Assembly (NCBI GenBank): GCA_041161465.1
Contig: JBEAUK010000127.1
Location: 1 to 53,091, forward strand
Length of the DNA stretch: 53,091 bases
Source: Planctomycetota bacterium
GTDB lineage: Bacteria; Planctomycetota; Phycisphaerae; Phycisphaerales; SM1A02
Reading direction: 5' to 3'
Below the pieces are notes generated by a model. It did no database searches, was not told the origin of the DNA, and worked only from the letters and a program-made list of their open reading frames with translations. Each line of letters begins with the position of its first letter. Position 1 is the first letter of the stretch. Shown piece after piece: positions 1-9,169 of the stretch. The position numbers were made by a program, and so were the translations under genes.

Positions 1-38
1 ACACGCACCCGATCCGCCAAATCTTTCCGAGCGACCCG

Positions 39-464
39 ATGAACAACCTTTCGTTCCTTCAACTTGGCCCGACCCCGAGCATCCTTCTTCAGGACGGACC
101 CCCGGTCAATGGGACGCCCGTCGCTCCTGCCGCGGGTGCGACCGGCGCACCAGCCGCTGGCGCGGCGGCGAAGGGTCAGGGTGGAGGTCTCGACTTCTTC
201 ACGGTGATGATCATGGCGGTGCTGCTCGCGCTGATCGTGAGCACCATCCTCGGCGGTCGTCGCGAGAAGAAGAAGTTCGAGGCGATGATGTCCTCGATCA
301 AGAAGAACGATCAGGTCCGCACGGTCGGCGGCATCATCGGAAGCGTCGTCGAGGTCAAGCCCGATGTGATCGTGCTCAAGATCGACGAGAACTCGAACAC
401 CAAGATCACCGTCGTCCGAAGCAAGATCGAAGCGGTCATGAAGGAGTCGACGGCCAGCGCCTGA
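39..464 (+). CDS. yajC: Preprotein translocase subunit YajC (N-terminal low-complexity extension; alternative start near 207)
   Basis: Translated ORF contains a single TM segment (MIMAVLLALIVSTILGG) followed by the conserved YajC C-terminal region (KKNDQVRTVGGIIGSVVEV). It sits immediately upstream of secDF, as in the canonical yajC-secDF operon. Confidence 0.75.
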   Translation: MNNLSFLQLGPTPSILLQDGPPVNGTPVAPAAGATGAPAAGAAAKGQGGGLDFFTVMIMAVLLALIVSTILGGRREKKKFEAMMSSIKKNDQVRTVGGIIGSVVEVKPDVIVLKIDENSNTKITVVRSKIEAVMKESTASA

Positions 465-533
465 GGCGCGAGGTCGACATCCGCGTCCGTTTGAGGCGCG
501 GTTGAAGCGCTGAGGCAGGATGCCTGGCGCCCT

Positions 534-3500
534 GTGAGCACAGACTGGATACGAGACATGAAGAACCCCTGGATCAAGCTCCTCCTCGTCGCCATCCTCA
601 CCGCGCTCTGCGTGTGGGAGATCGCCGTCAAGGAAATCCGCCTTGGCAAGGACCTCAAGGGCGGCGTCAGCCTCGTCTACGCGGTGAGCCTCCCCGGCAG
701 CCAGCCGGGCGACGAGGTGCTCGGTCAGGTCATCGAGGTGCTCAAGCAGCGCGTCAATCCGCAGGGTGTGCTCGACATCGGCATGCAGCCGCAGGGCAAC
801 GACCGGATCGAGGTCGTCATGCCGCTGCCGTCCCAAGAGGTGACTGACCTTCAGAAAGACGCGAAGGAGAAGGCCGCCGACTTCATCGCGAAGACGCAGA
901 TCTCCGGTCCCGAGCTCGACGCGGCGCTGCTCTCGGGCACAGCCGCCAGCCGCTTCGGCAAGCAGAACCCTGCGGTCGTCGACCTAGAGTCCGCCTGGCA
1001 GCAGCTCCAGCTCGCGAAGTCTGATCTCGACGCCCTCGTGAAGCGCGGCGCGCTCACGGAGGAAATCGGTGCCGTCGAGGACCGCGTCGTGTCCGCAGAG
1101 CTTCGCGTCGAGTCGCTCCGCGCAGCCGCGCTGTCGCGCACGCTGGACGCCTCGCGCCTGAACAAGGTGCTCGGGCTCTCCACCGAGAAGCAGCCGCTCC
1201 GCGGACCGGACGGCAAGGTTCTCAAGGACGACAAGGGCGATGTCCAGTTCGGACCGAGCCCGCGCGAGAACGAACTCGCCGCGATCCGATCCGAGTTCCC
1301 CATGCTCGGCGCGGACCTCGACGCGGTGGTCGCCGCGCAGGACGCGTATCTCTCGCGCCGCAGAGGCCTCGATGACTCCGAAGACCTGATGCGCCTCCTC
1401 CGCGGCGCTGGCGTGCTCGAGTTCCGCATCGCCGTCACGCCCAACACCATGGGCGTCAACATCGACGAACTTCGCAGCGAACTCGCGACCAAGGGGCCGC
1501 GCGCCGGCGAGCCGGGCGTCGCGCGCTGGTATCCGCTCAACGACCTCGCCCAGTGGTACGAGAAGCCCGCAGAGCTCGACACGCTCCGCGCGGATCCCGC
1601 GGCCTACTTTGGTGCGAACTACAACCTCGTCGCCGGCCAGTTCGGCGGCGAGATCTACCTGCTCCTGCATGACTCCGACGCGAAGTCGATGACGCACGAC
1701 GGCGGCACGCCGTGGTCGCTCACGCGCGCGGGCCGCACCGTCGACCAGCGTCTCGGTTCCGCCGCGGTCAGCTTCGAGCTCGACCAAGTCGGCGGCGAGC
1801 GCATGGGCGCGCTGACCACGCCGAACATCGGCATGCCGATGGCCATCGTCCTCGACGACCAGGTCTACACCGCGCCGCGCCTGAACGACCGCATCTCGAC
1901 GAACGGCATCATCACGGGCAAGTTCTCCGACGCGGAAATCAACTACCTGATCCGCGTCCTCACCGCCGGCAGCCTGCAGGCGAAGGTCTCGCCCGACCCG
2001 ATCTCGATGGAAGTCCTGGGTCCGTCGATCGGCGCCGACAACTTCGCAAAGGGCAAGGAAGCGGTCGTCATCTCGGTGCTCATCACCTGCGTGGTGATGC
2101 TGCTCTACTACTTCCTCGCCGGCGTGGTGGCCGACATCGCGCTCGCGGTGAACACGATCCTGATCTTCGGCATCATGGGCCTGATCGACGGCACCTTCAC
2201 GCTGCCGGGCCTTGCGGGCGTGGCGCTGTCGGTTGCGATGGCGGTCGACGCCAACGTGCTCATCTACGAGCGCATGCGCGAGGAGCTGGAGCAGGGGAAT
2301 TCACTCAAGGTCGCGATCGACACCGCGTACAAGCGCGCGCTCAGCGCCATCATCGACGGCAATGTCACCAACCTGATCGTCTGCATCGTGCTCTACAAGG
2401 TCGGTGCGACCGAAGTGAAGGGCTTCGCCCTCACCATGTCGATCGGCGTCATCACCACGCTCTTCACGGGCATCTGGGTGACCCGCGCGATGTTCGACGC
2501 GGCGACCGGCCTCGGCCTCAAGTCGCTGCCGATGCTCCCGACCGTGGTGCCCGCGATCTCTCGCGTCCTGCTCCCGAAGGTCGACTGGATCAAGCTCCGC
2601 CCGGCGCTGCTCGCCTTCAGCGGCGTCCTCTTCGTCGGCTCGCTTGTCGCGGTCTACGCCCGTGGCAACGACATCTTCGAGACCGAGTTCCGCGGCGGCG
2701 TGCAGATGTCGCTCTCGACGCGCCTCGCGAAGTCGGGCGAGACCTCCGCCGAGGACGGCCGCCTCGGCTTCACCCGCGCGGAGTTCGAGGAGCGCGTGCG
2801 TGCGCTCGGTGCAAAGAACAGCGACGACCTGGTGGTGTCGCAGCTCGCCAGCGCGAATGTGCTCTCCGTCGGCACGACGAGCGCCAACGGGCTTGGCTCG
2901 CAGTTCCTGATCCGTGTCGGCAATCCGCCGTCGCCGCCCGATGACTTCGACGAGACCCGCATCACCCGCGATGTGGTCGCCGCGGTCACGCGCGAATTCG
3001 CGGATGTTCTCGATGTCCGCCTGCCGCTCCTCTTCAAGGGGGCCGATTCGAAGGACCACACGGCGTTCACTCGGCCAGTCGAGAAGGCCCTCGTCGGCTC
3101 CTCGATCGGTCGTCCCGATGTCGCGCAGGAGCCCGCAGCGGACTTCCGCGGTGGCGTCGCCATCGTCATCGATGAGCTGAGCCCGGCGGTCACGGCGACC
3201 GATGTGACCGATCGCATCAGGCGCATGCGCTCCCAGCCCGACTGGTCGTCGACCGCGGGTCGCAAGTTCAAGGTGTTCGGCCTCGAGCCGGTCGACCCCG
3301 CCGCGCCGCAGGGCCTTCAGAAGTCCGTTGCCGTGCTCGTCGCCGACTCCGAGCTGAACAGCCTCGAGATGGACCTCGAGATCTGGGACCGCGACCTCGC
3401 GGCCCAAGAGTGGAGGCTTGTCCAGCAGGCGCTCACCCAGCAGGCAAGCCTCGACAAGGTGTCGAGCTTCAGCCCGGTGGTGGCTGAAAACCTGGCCGCG

Positions 3501-4079
3501 ACGGCGGTCGTTGCCGTTGTCCTCAGCCTCATCGGCATGCTCGCCTACATCTGGGTGCGGTTCGGAAGCTTCCGCTTCTCGACGGCCTCGATCGCAAGCC
3601 TGACCTTCAATGTCGTCGTGTGCCTGGGCTTCCTCTCCCTCTCGATCCCGCTGGCCAAGTCGGGCTTCGGCGCTGCGCTCTTCATCGAGGAGTACCGCAT
3701 CGATCTCAATGTGGTGTCAGGACTTCTGACGATCATCGGCTACTCGATCAACGACACGGTGGTCATCCTCGACCGTATCCGCGAGAACCGCGGCAAGCGA
3801 ACCTGGATCAGCCGCGACACGGTCAACCTGTCGATCAACCAGACCTTCAGCCGAACCATCCTCACCGGTGGCAGCACCCTCGCGACCGCGCTCGTGCTCA
3901 TCGCGCTCGGCGGCACGGGCATCCGCCCGTTCGCCTACACCTTCCTGATCGGCCTCATCGCGGGCACCTTCAGCTCGGTGGCAATTGCTGCGCCTCTGGT
4001 GTACAGTCGCAAGGAAGAAGAGGTTGAGCGCGCCAAGGCGGCAATCGCCCCGGTGAGTGCAAAGCCTCAGACTGTGTGA
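534..4079 (+). CDS. secDF: Fused SecD/SecF protein-export membrane protein (single 1181-aa ORF)
   Basis: The N-terminal half has SecD-like TM1 plus a large periplasmic domain, and there are two RND-like 6-TM bundles (…GLIDGTFTLPGLAGVALSVAMAVDANVLIYERMRE… and …IIGYSINDTVVILDRIREN…). It directly follows yajC. No stop separates the SecD and SecF parts. Confidence 0.9.
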   Translation: MSTDWIRDMKNPWIKLLLVAILTALCVWEIAVKEIRLGKDLKGGVSLVYAVSLPGSQPGDEVLGQVIEVLKQRVNPQGVLDIGMQPQGNDRIEVVMPLPSQEVTDLQKDAKEKAADFIAKTQISGPELDAALLSGTAASRFGKQNPAVVDLESAWQQLQLAKSDLDALVKRGALTEEIGAVEDRVVSAELRVESLRAAALSRTLDASRLNKVLGLSTEKQPLRGPDGKVLKDDKGDVQFGPSPRENELAAIRSEFPMLGADLDAVVAAQDAYLSRRRGLDDSEDLMRLLRGAGVLEFRIAVTPNTMGVNIDELRSELATKGPRAGEPGVARWYPLNDLAQWYEKPAELDTLRADPAAYFGANYNLVAGQFGGEIYLLLHDSDAKSMTHDGGTPWSLTRAGRTVDQRLGSAAVSFELDQVGGERMGALTTPNIGMPMAIVLDDQVYTAPRLNDRISTNGIITGKFSDAEINYLIRVLTAGSLQAKVSPDPISMEVLGPSIGADNFAKGKEAVVISVLITCVVMLLYYFLAGVVADIALAVNTILIFGIMGLIDGTFTLPGLAGVALSVAMAVDANVLIYERMREELEQGNSLKVAIDTAYKRALSAIIDGNVTNLIVCIVLYKVGATEVKGFALTMSIGVITTLFTGIWVTRAMFDAATGLGLKSLPMLPTVVPAISRVLLPKVDWIKLRPALLAFSGVLFVGSLVAVYARGNDIFETEFRGGVQMSLSTRLAKSGETSAEDGRLGFTRAEFEERVRALGAKNSDDLVVSQLASANVLSVGTTSANGLGSQFLIRVGNPPSPPDDFDETRITRDVVAAVTREFADVLDVRLPLLFKGADSKDHTAFTRPVEKALVGSSIGRPDVAQEPAADFRGGVAIVIDELSPAVTATDVTDRIRRMRSQPDWSSTAGRKFKVFGLEPVDPAAPQGLQKSVAVLVADSELNSLEMDLEIWDRDLAAQEWRLVQQALTQQASLDKVSSFSPVVAENLAATAVVAVVLSLIGMLAYIWVRFGSFRFSTASIASLTFNVVVCLGFLSLSIPLAKSGFGAALFIEEYRIDLNVVSGLLTIIGYSINDTVVILDRIRENRGKRTWISRDTVNLSINQTFSRTILTGGSTLATALVLIALGGTGIRPFAYTFLIGLIAGTFSSVAIAAPLVYSRKEEEVERAKAAIAPVSAKPQTV

Positions 4080-4225
4080 GCAGCTTTGGTTTCGCGCGAG
4101 TGGATGCGGCAAAAACCCGCTGATGCTCGGGCAAAAACATACTTTTCCACGGGAGCTCGCCGGAACGGATGCCGGAGCACGAGTCCCGTTCGCACTTGCG
4201 ATACCGTCGCACAATCGAGCACCCC

Positions 4226-5332
4226 ATGCCGACCGGTACCAAGATCGCAGCGATCGTCCTTGTCGTTCTCCTCGCAGCAGCTGGCCTTTACTACGCCTTC
4301 GTTGCTCCGCCCGCCTCCAACACCAAGTCGGTCGCCGCGAAGGAGAGCGGAGCGACCGTCAACGGCCTTTCGTCGCAGACCCCGGGAACACTGGCTCCCG
4401 CCATCCCGAGCGTCGGCGCGCCGCCGTCGCCCGCGAGCTCGACCCCTGCGGTCGGCGCGCTCGGTGCGGCTGGTCCGGCCTCGGCCACGACGCCGGTTCC
4501 GACCGGTCTTCCGGCCGGCACAGGCACGGCGCCCGCCCGCGAGCAGCCCAGCTTTGCGCCTGGTTCGCTCGGCGCGGCTGGCACCGGAAAGGGTGACCTC
4601 CCGGCGTCGGCCCGCCCCGCGCCTGCTCCGGCACCTGGCACCACGATCAACGGCATCCCGGTGACGGGCGGCACGACGACTCCGGCCGTCAACGCTGTTC
4701 CCGCGAACAGCACGGCGCCGGCCCCCGCGGTCTCGACCGCTGGCGGACCGCGGCCGAGCACCCCGGGACCCTCGGGCACCGTCCCGAGCACTGGCGTGGC
4801 GACTGGCGCTCCAGCTCCCGCAGCGGCTCCAGCTCCCGCAGCGGCTTCTGGCGCTGCTGCATCGGGCGGCGAGACGACGCACACCGTCGCCTCGGGCGAG
4901 ACGATGAGCAAGATCGCCAAGAAGTACTTCGGCAACGAGAACGCTTGGCGCGCGATCGCCAAGGCGAACCCGACCGTCGATCCGACTTCGATGAAGGTCG
5001 GCACCAAGCTGCGCATCCCCGCCAGCGATTCGGTTGCGACGAAGTCGGCCTCGAAGCCCGATGCGACCCCGGCCGGTACTCCGAGCACCACCCCATCGAC
5101 CGCCACGACGACGGCGACCGCTGGTGGCAGCGACAACACCCATGTCGTTGCTTCGGGTGACACCCTCGCGTCGATCTCCCGGAAGTACTACGGAAACACC
5201 AAGTACTGGGAGCGCATCTACTCGGAGAACCGTGGTCTCATCGGCTCCGACCCCGCTGCGCTGAAGATCGGCCAGAAGCTGAAGATCCCCGCCAAGTCGA
5301 CCGTGGTCGGCGGCGAGACCGCTCGACGCTAA
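4226..5332 (+). CDS. LysM-domain peptidoglycan-binding protein with N-terminal TM anchor and long Pro/Ala/Thr-rich linker
   Basis: Start chosen at MPTGTKIAAIVLVVLLAAAG (TM helix). There are two C-terminal LysM repeats (HTVASGETMSKIAKKYFGNENAWRAIAKANP… and HVVASGDTLASISRKYYGNTKYWERIYSENRG…). A low-complexity PAPAAA linker is encoded by a direct DNA repeat near 4800-4850. Confidence 0.8.
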   Translation: MPTGTKIAAIVLVVLLAAAGLYYAFVAPPASNTKSVAAKESGATVNGLSSQTPGTLAPAIPSVGAPPSPASSTPAVGALGAAGPASATTPVPTGLPAGTGTAPAREQPSFAPGSLGAAGTGKGDLPASARPAPAPAPGTTINGIPVTGGTTTPAVNAVPANSTAPAPAVSTAGGPRPSTPGPSGTVPSTGVATGAPAPAAAPAPAAASGAAASGGETTHTVASGETMSKIAKKYFGNENAWRAIAKANPTVDPTSMKVGTKLRIPASDSVATKSASKPDATPAGTPSTTPSTATTTATAGGSDNTHVVASGDTLASISRKYYGNTKYWERIYSENRGLIGSDPAALKIGQKLKIPAKSTVVGGETARR

Positions 5333-5357
5333 GCGTCGGGTTTCCCTTCGTGAACCG

Positions 5358-5397
5358 CGCGCCAGATGGTGTCCTGCAACGGACGCCATCTGGCGCG
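5358..5397 (+). terminator. Hairpin (12-bp perfect stem CGCGCCAGATGG/CCATCTGGCGCG, 16-nt loop) downstream of the LysM gene
   Basis: The inverted repeat was read directly. It lies 26 nt after the stop at 5332. The trailing sequence is only weakly T-rich (TTCGTCGTTATCCTTTG). Confidence 0.4.
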
Positions 5398-5470
5398 TTC
5401 GTCGTTATCCTTTGCCCTCCGCCTTCGCCCGCACCCGTGTGCAGGGCGCACTCTAGAGTCGCGAGCAACT

Positions 5471-6493
5471 ATGCCAACTGATGTCGTCTTGATCCCCGGT
5501 GATGGAATCGGTCCTGAAGTCGCCGACGCGGCGCGGCGCGTGCTTGATGCCGCGGGCGCGGACCTGCGCTGGACCGTGTCGCACGCAGGTGAGGCCGCGA
5601 TCAGGGCGGGCGAGAAGCAACTGCTCCCGCAGTCGACGCTCGACCTCATCGGCGAGTACGGCGTGGCGCTCAAGGGTCCGTGCACGACACCGGTCGGCAC
5701 AGGCTTCCGCTCGGTCAATGTGCTTCTGCGCAAGACGCTCGATCTCTACGCCGCGGTACGGCCGATCCGTTCGATGGAGGGCGTCAAGACGCGCTACACG
5801 GGCGTCGATGTTGTGATCGTCCGCGAGAACACCGAAGGGCTCTACGCGGGCATCGAGAACGAGATCACGAAGGGAGTCGCGACGAGCCTCAAGGTCGCGA
5901 CCGAGGTTGCGTCGCGTCGCATCGCCGACTACGCGTTCCGCTACGCGCGAGAGCGTGGCCGCAAGAAGGTCAGCGTGTTCCACAAGGCGAACATCATGAA
6001 GCTGACCGACGGGATGTTCATCCGCTGCGCGCGCGAGGTGCACGAAGCGCGGTACTCCGACATCGGCTACGAGGAGGTGATCGTCGACGCGGCCTGCATG
6101 AAGATGGTGCAGGATCCGACGAAGTTCGATGTCATCCTCGCCGAGAACCTCTACGGCGACATCCTGAGCGATCTCTGCGCGGGCCTCGTCGGTGGGCTTG
6201 GCGTGACGCCCGGTGCGAACATCGGTGAGAAGGGCGCCGTCTTCGAGGCGGTGCACGGTTCGGCGCCCGACATCGCGGGCAAGGGGATCGCCAATCCGCT
6301 CGCGCTTGTCATGTCGGGCGTCATGATGCTCAACTGGCTTTCCGCGACTCGCCATTCTCCGCATTTCCGCGATGCCGCGAGCCGCATCCGCGCTGCGTAC
6401 GACCGTGCGCTGGCCGAAGGCGCCGTCACGCGCGACCTCGGCGGCCAGTACGGCACGATGGAGTTCGCCGACGAGCTCGTGAAGCGCCTGTGA
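5471..6493 (+). CDS. Isocitrate/isopropylmalate dehydrogenase family protein (NAD-dependent IDH-like, about 340 aa)
   Basis: Motifs LIPGDGIGPEV, NLYGDILSDL and HGSAPDIAGKGIANP are typical of beta-decarboxylating dehydrogenases. Start set at MPTDVVLIPGDGIG; the longer upstream ORF start at 5366 has an implausible N-terminus. Confidence 0.8.
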   Translation: MPTDVVLIPGDGIGPEVADAARRVLDAAGADLRWTVSHAGEAAIRAGEKQLLPQSTLDLIGEYGVALKGPCTTPVGTGFRSVNVLLRKTLDLYAAVRPIRSMEGVKTRYTGVDVVIVRENTEGLYAGIENEITKGVATSLKVATEVASRRIADYAFRYARERGRKKVSVFHKANIMKLTDGMFIRCAREVHEARYSDIGYEEVIVDAACMKMVQDPTKFDVILAENLYGDILSDLCAGLVGGLGVTPGANIGEKGAVFEAVHGSAPDIAGKGIANPLALVMSGVMMLNWLSATRHSPHFRDAASRIRAAYDRALAEGAVTRDLGGQYGTMEFADELVKRL

Positions 6494-6533
6494 TCGGTGG
6501 GCCTGCCATCGAGTCCGACGAGGGTGTCGGAGC

Positions 6534-7481
6534 ATGATTCCGCTCGAGCATGTCTCCTACCACCCCGACTATGTGATGGCGCTGCCCGAGGGGCACGCCT
6601 TCCCGATGCGCAAGTACGAGTGCCTCCACGCGATCCTCGTGGCCGAGGGGCTCCTCGGTCCATGGAACGAGCGTCATCCGCTTGAGGTTTCCTGGGATAC
6701 GCTCGCGCTTGTCCACGACGAGGGCTATCTCGCGAAGCTGCGCGACGGCACGCTGTCGGTTGAGGAGCAGCGGCGGATCGGCATGGAATGGTCGCCGCGG
6801 CTCGTGCGGCGGGCGCGCCTCGCGGTGCAAGGCACGATCGACGCCGCGATGGCGGCGCTGAGTCTGCCGACCCGCATGGCCGCCAACCTCGCCGGCGGCA
6901 CCCACCACGCGCTGCGGGACGCCGGCGAGGGCTACTGCACGCTCAACGATGTCGCAGTCGCCACGCGCGTTCTGCAGCGCGACCGCGGACTAAGGAACAT
7001 TCTTGTCATCGACCTCGATGTCCACCACGGAAACGGCACGGCATCGATCTTCGCGGGCGACCCGTCCGTCTTCACCTTCTCGATGCACGGCGCGAAGAAC
7101 TTCCCCCTGAAGAAGCCACCGTCGACGCTCGATGTTCCGTTGCCCGACGGAATGGGGGATGAGGCGTACCTCTCCACGCTCGCGGAGCATCTCGCTCGCG
7201 TCCTCGAGGCGGCGCGACCTGACATCACCTTCTATCTGGCTGGAGTGGATGTTGCGGTGGGCGACCGGTTTGGGCGGCTCGCGCTCACCGAGGAGGGGAT
7301 CGCTGCACGCGACCGCATGGTCATCCAGGCAGTCGCCGAACGAAGGATTCCCCTGTGTCTCACGCTTTCGGGCGGGTACGCGACCGGAACAGACGGACGC
7401 ACCTCGTCCGAGCGCACGGCGGAGCTTCATGCCATCACCCATCGCGAGGCGTGTCGCGAGCTTGCGGTTCGTGGGCGGTGA
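6534..7481 (+). CDS. Histone deacetylase-family (HDAC/AcuC-like) deacetylase
   Basis: HDAC signature DLDVHHGNGTASIF and an upstream GG..H region (AGGTHHALRDAGEGYCTLNDVAV). Length of about 315 aa is typical of bacterial HDAC-like amidohydrolases. Confidence 0.8.
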   Translation: MIPLEHVSYHPDYVMALPEGHAFPMRKYECLHAILVAEGLLGPWNERHPLEVSWDTLALVHDEGYLAKLRDGTLSVEEQRRIGMEWSPRLVRRARLAVQGTIDAAMAALSLPTRMAANLAGGTHHALRDAGEGYCTLNDVAVATRVLQRDRGLRNILVIDLDVHHGNGTASIFAGDPSVFTFSMHGAKNFPLKKPPSTLDVPLPDGMGDEAYLSTLAEHLARVLEAARPDITFYLAGVDVAVGDRFGRLALTEEGIAARDRMVIQAVAERRIPLCLTLSGGYATGTDGRTSSERTAELHAITHREACRELAVRGR

Positions 7482-7742
7482 TCAGCCGGCGCGGCGCGCC
7501 ACGCGCGAGAGATCGTCCATCACCGCTCGGGTGAACTCGGCACTGGCGATCGCAAGCTCGGCATTCTCGCGCTGGCGGGCGCGGAGGCGCTCCTCTGCAA
7601 CGGCGGCCACAAGTTGCGGACTCTCCGACATTGGGGAGCCGCAGCTCGACGAAAGCAGCTCGCGGGCTTCGCGCACGAGCTCGATGAAGAGTTCACTCGG
7701 ATCCTGCGCGTTGATTGAGGGCGAACGGTGCTTGCGGTTCAT
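7482..7742 (-). CDS. Small (86-aa) helical hypothetical protein
   Basis: ORF with strong GC3 bias and an AGGAGA Shine-Dalgarno 5 nt upstream of ATG (MNRKHRSP…). Its stop abuts the HDAC stop (TGATCA). No recognisable domain. Confidence 0.5.
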   Translation of the reverse strand: MNRKHRSPSINAQDPSELFIELVREARELLSSSCGSPMSESPQLVAAVAEERLRARQRENAELAIASAEFTRAVMDDLSRVARRAG

Positions 7743-7893
7743 GTTGAATCTCCTATCCCAATGGTGGGAAATCGGAGATCTCGCGACCAACGCGTGGGTC
7801 GCGATTCCTGCAGGAACTGCGCGGGCGAAGCCGCAAAGGCCGCACAGCCTGCATAGGCTGAACCGCGTCGCACGGATTGAATCCGCTCGTTTC

Positions 7894-9159
7894 CTACGGG
7901 GCTTCGTCCGAGAGCGGCGCCGGCATCGACTTCACCTTGCCGTTTCCACGGCTTGTGTCGAGAAGCTTCAGTCGAGAGATCGCGTAGTCGGAGTCGATCT
8001 GCGAGCCGGCGCCGAGGTTCCAGCCCCAGACCGCGAATCGGTCGGCACGCTGGAAGCCGTCCGGCACGGGCTTCACGGCAAGCGGAATCACATCCTCGAG
8101 GTCGGAGACATTCGCGAAACCCTTGACCGCCGCGGCGGCTCCGCGCGTGGCGGCGCCCTGGCTGCGCATCTCGACCGGATCAAACGGGATCCAGCCGATG
8201 TCGGGTAGATAGAACTCGCAGATCATGCGGAAGTTGGCGTTGGACTTGCCGCCGCGGGTTTCATTGACGACGAGGCCGTAGACCACGCGCGATGGGATGC
8301 CGATCGCGCGAATCGCCGACACGCAGGTGGTGGCGAGCTCGACGGGAGTTCCGCGACCGATACCGATGCCATAGGCACCGTTCGGGCTGAACTGGAGTCC
8401 GCGCAGAGACTTGTCGGGGCCGAGCTCGCTCGAGCTTCCCGCGAGCGACTTCCAGCGACCAAGGACGGCGATCACCGCATTCTTCGCGGCGACGAAGGGC
8501 GACGCGCTGCGCGCGCCGCCTGCGGTCGCCTGTTCCGCGAGCGACTTGAGCGCTGCATCGCCGGGATTGATTCCCAGCTCCGCCACGAGATATCGCTGGG
8601 TCCACGCGGGCCACTCCCGCGGCCAGGTCGACTTCGCGGCCGCGCGTTCGTCGACGGTGACCTCCCAGCGCTGGGTGAGATAGGTTGCGACGAAACGCAT
8701 CTCGCTGGTGCTCTGCGCCGGCGGGGAGCCCTCGAAGCGAAGCATCGCCTCGACGCCGCTTGCGGGCTTGGTGTACACGCGCGACGGATCGAGCTTGAAC
8801 TCCCGGCCGTCGAAATAGGCGCGGGCGTCGAGTGCGGTGAAGTCGGTGTCGCACCAGCTCGTGCGGCTGAGGACGGGGAGTCCGACGCTCAGGCTCGGGA
8901 TCCGGTAGGCGCCGCCGAGCGGGAGCGAGTCGTCCTGCAGCGGATTCGCTGCATTGGCGTTCTTGGTGGCGTAGCAACCGACCTCGACGCGCACCTCGCG
9001 GATCTTCGGGTCGCTGCGCACCACGACAGGCTGCGCCGGCGGCGGCGCGGCCGTCTGCTGCGCGTTCGCAGGCGGGGTCATGATCGCGCCCGTGAGGAGC
9101 GATGCGGTCAGCGCGGAGAGCGTTCGGTGCAGGAGATGGCGTCGGGCACTCGTCGACAT
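7894..9159 (-). CDS. Secreted transglutaminase-like superfamily protein (core Cys and Asp present; catalytic His position occupied by Arg)
   Basis: N-terminal signal-like segment. Transglut_core-like block is GTPVELATTCVSAIRAIGIPSRVVYGL … NFRMICEFYLPDIGWIPFDP. Compared with the canonical HAWxEVYLPGxGWxPFDP, H is replaced by R. Confidence 0.6.
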   Translation of the reverse strand: MSTSARRHLLHRTLSALTASLLTGAIMTPPANAQQTAAPPPAQPVVVRSDPKIREVRVEVGCYATKNANAANPLQDDSLPLGGAYRIPSLSVGLPVLSRTSWCDTDFTALDARAYFDGREFKLDPSRVYTKPASGVEAMLRFEGSPPAQSTSEMRFVATYLTQRWEVTVDERAAAKSTWPREWPAWTQRYLVAELGINPGDAALKSLAEQATAGGARSASPFVAAKNAVIAVLGRWKSLAGSSSELGPDKSLRGLQFSPNGAYGIGIGRGTPVELATTCVSAIRAIGIPSRVVYGLVVNETRGGKSNANFRMICEFYLPDIGWIPFDPVEMRSQGAATRGAAAAVKGFANVSDLEDVIPLAVKPVPDGFQRADRFAVWGWNLGAGSQIDSDYAISRLKLLDTSRGNGKVKSMPAPLSDEAP

Positions 9160-9169
9160 GGTCGGCCTC

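Noticed and set aside
5366-5470. Upstream extension of the IDH-family ORF (start at 5366).
   Set aside because: The extension translates to an Arg/Ser-rich peptide overlapping the LysM-gene terminator hairpin. The conserved N-terminus begins at MPTDVVLIPGDGIG (5471).
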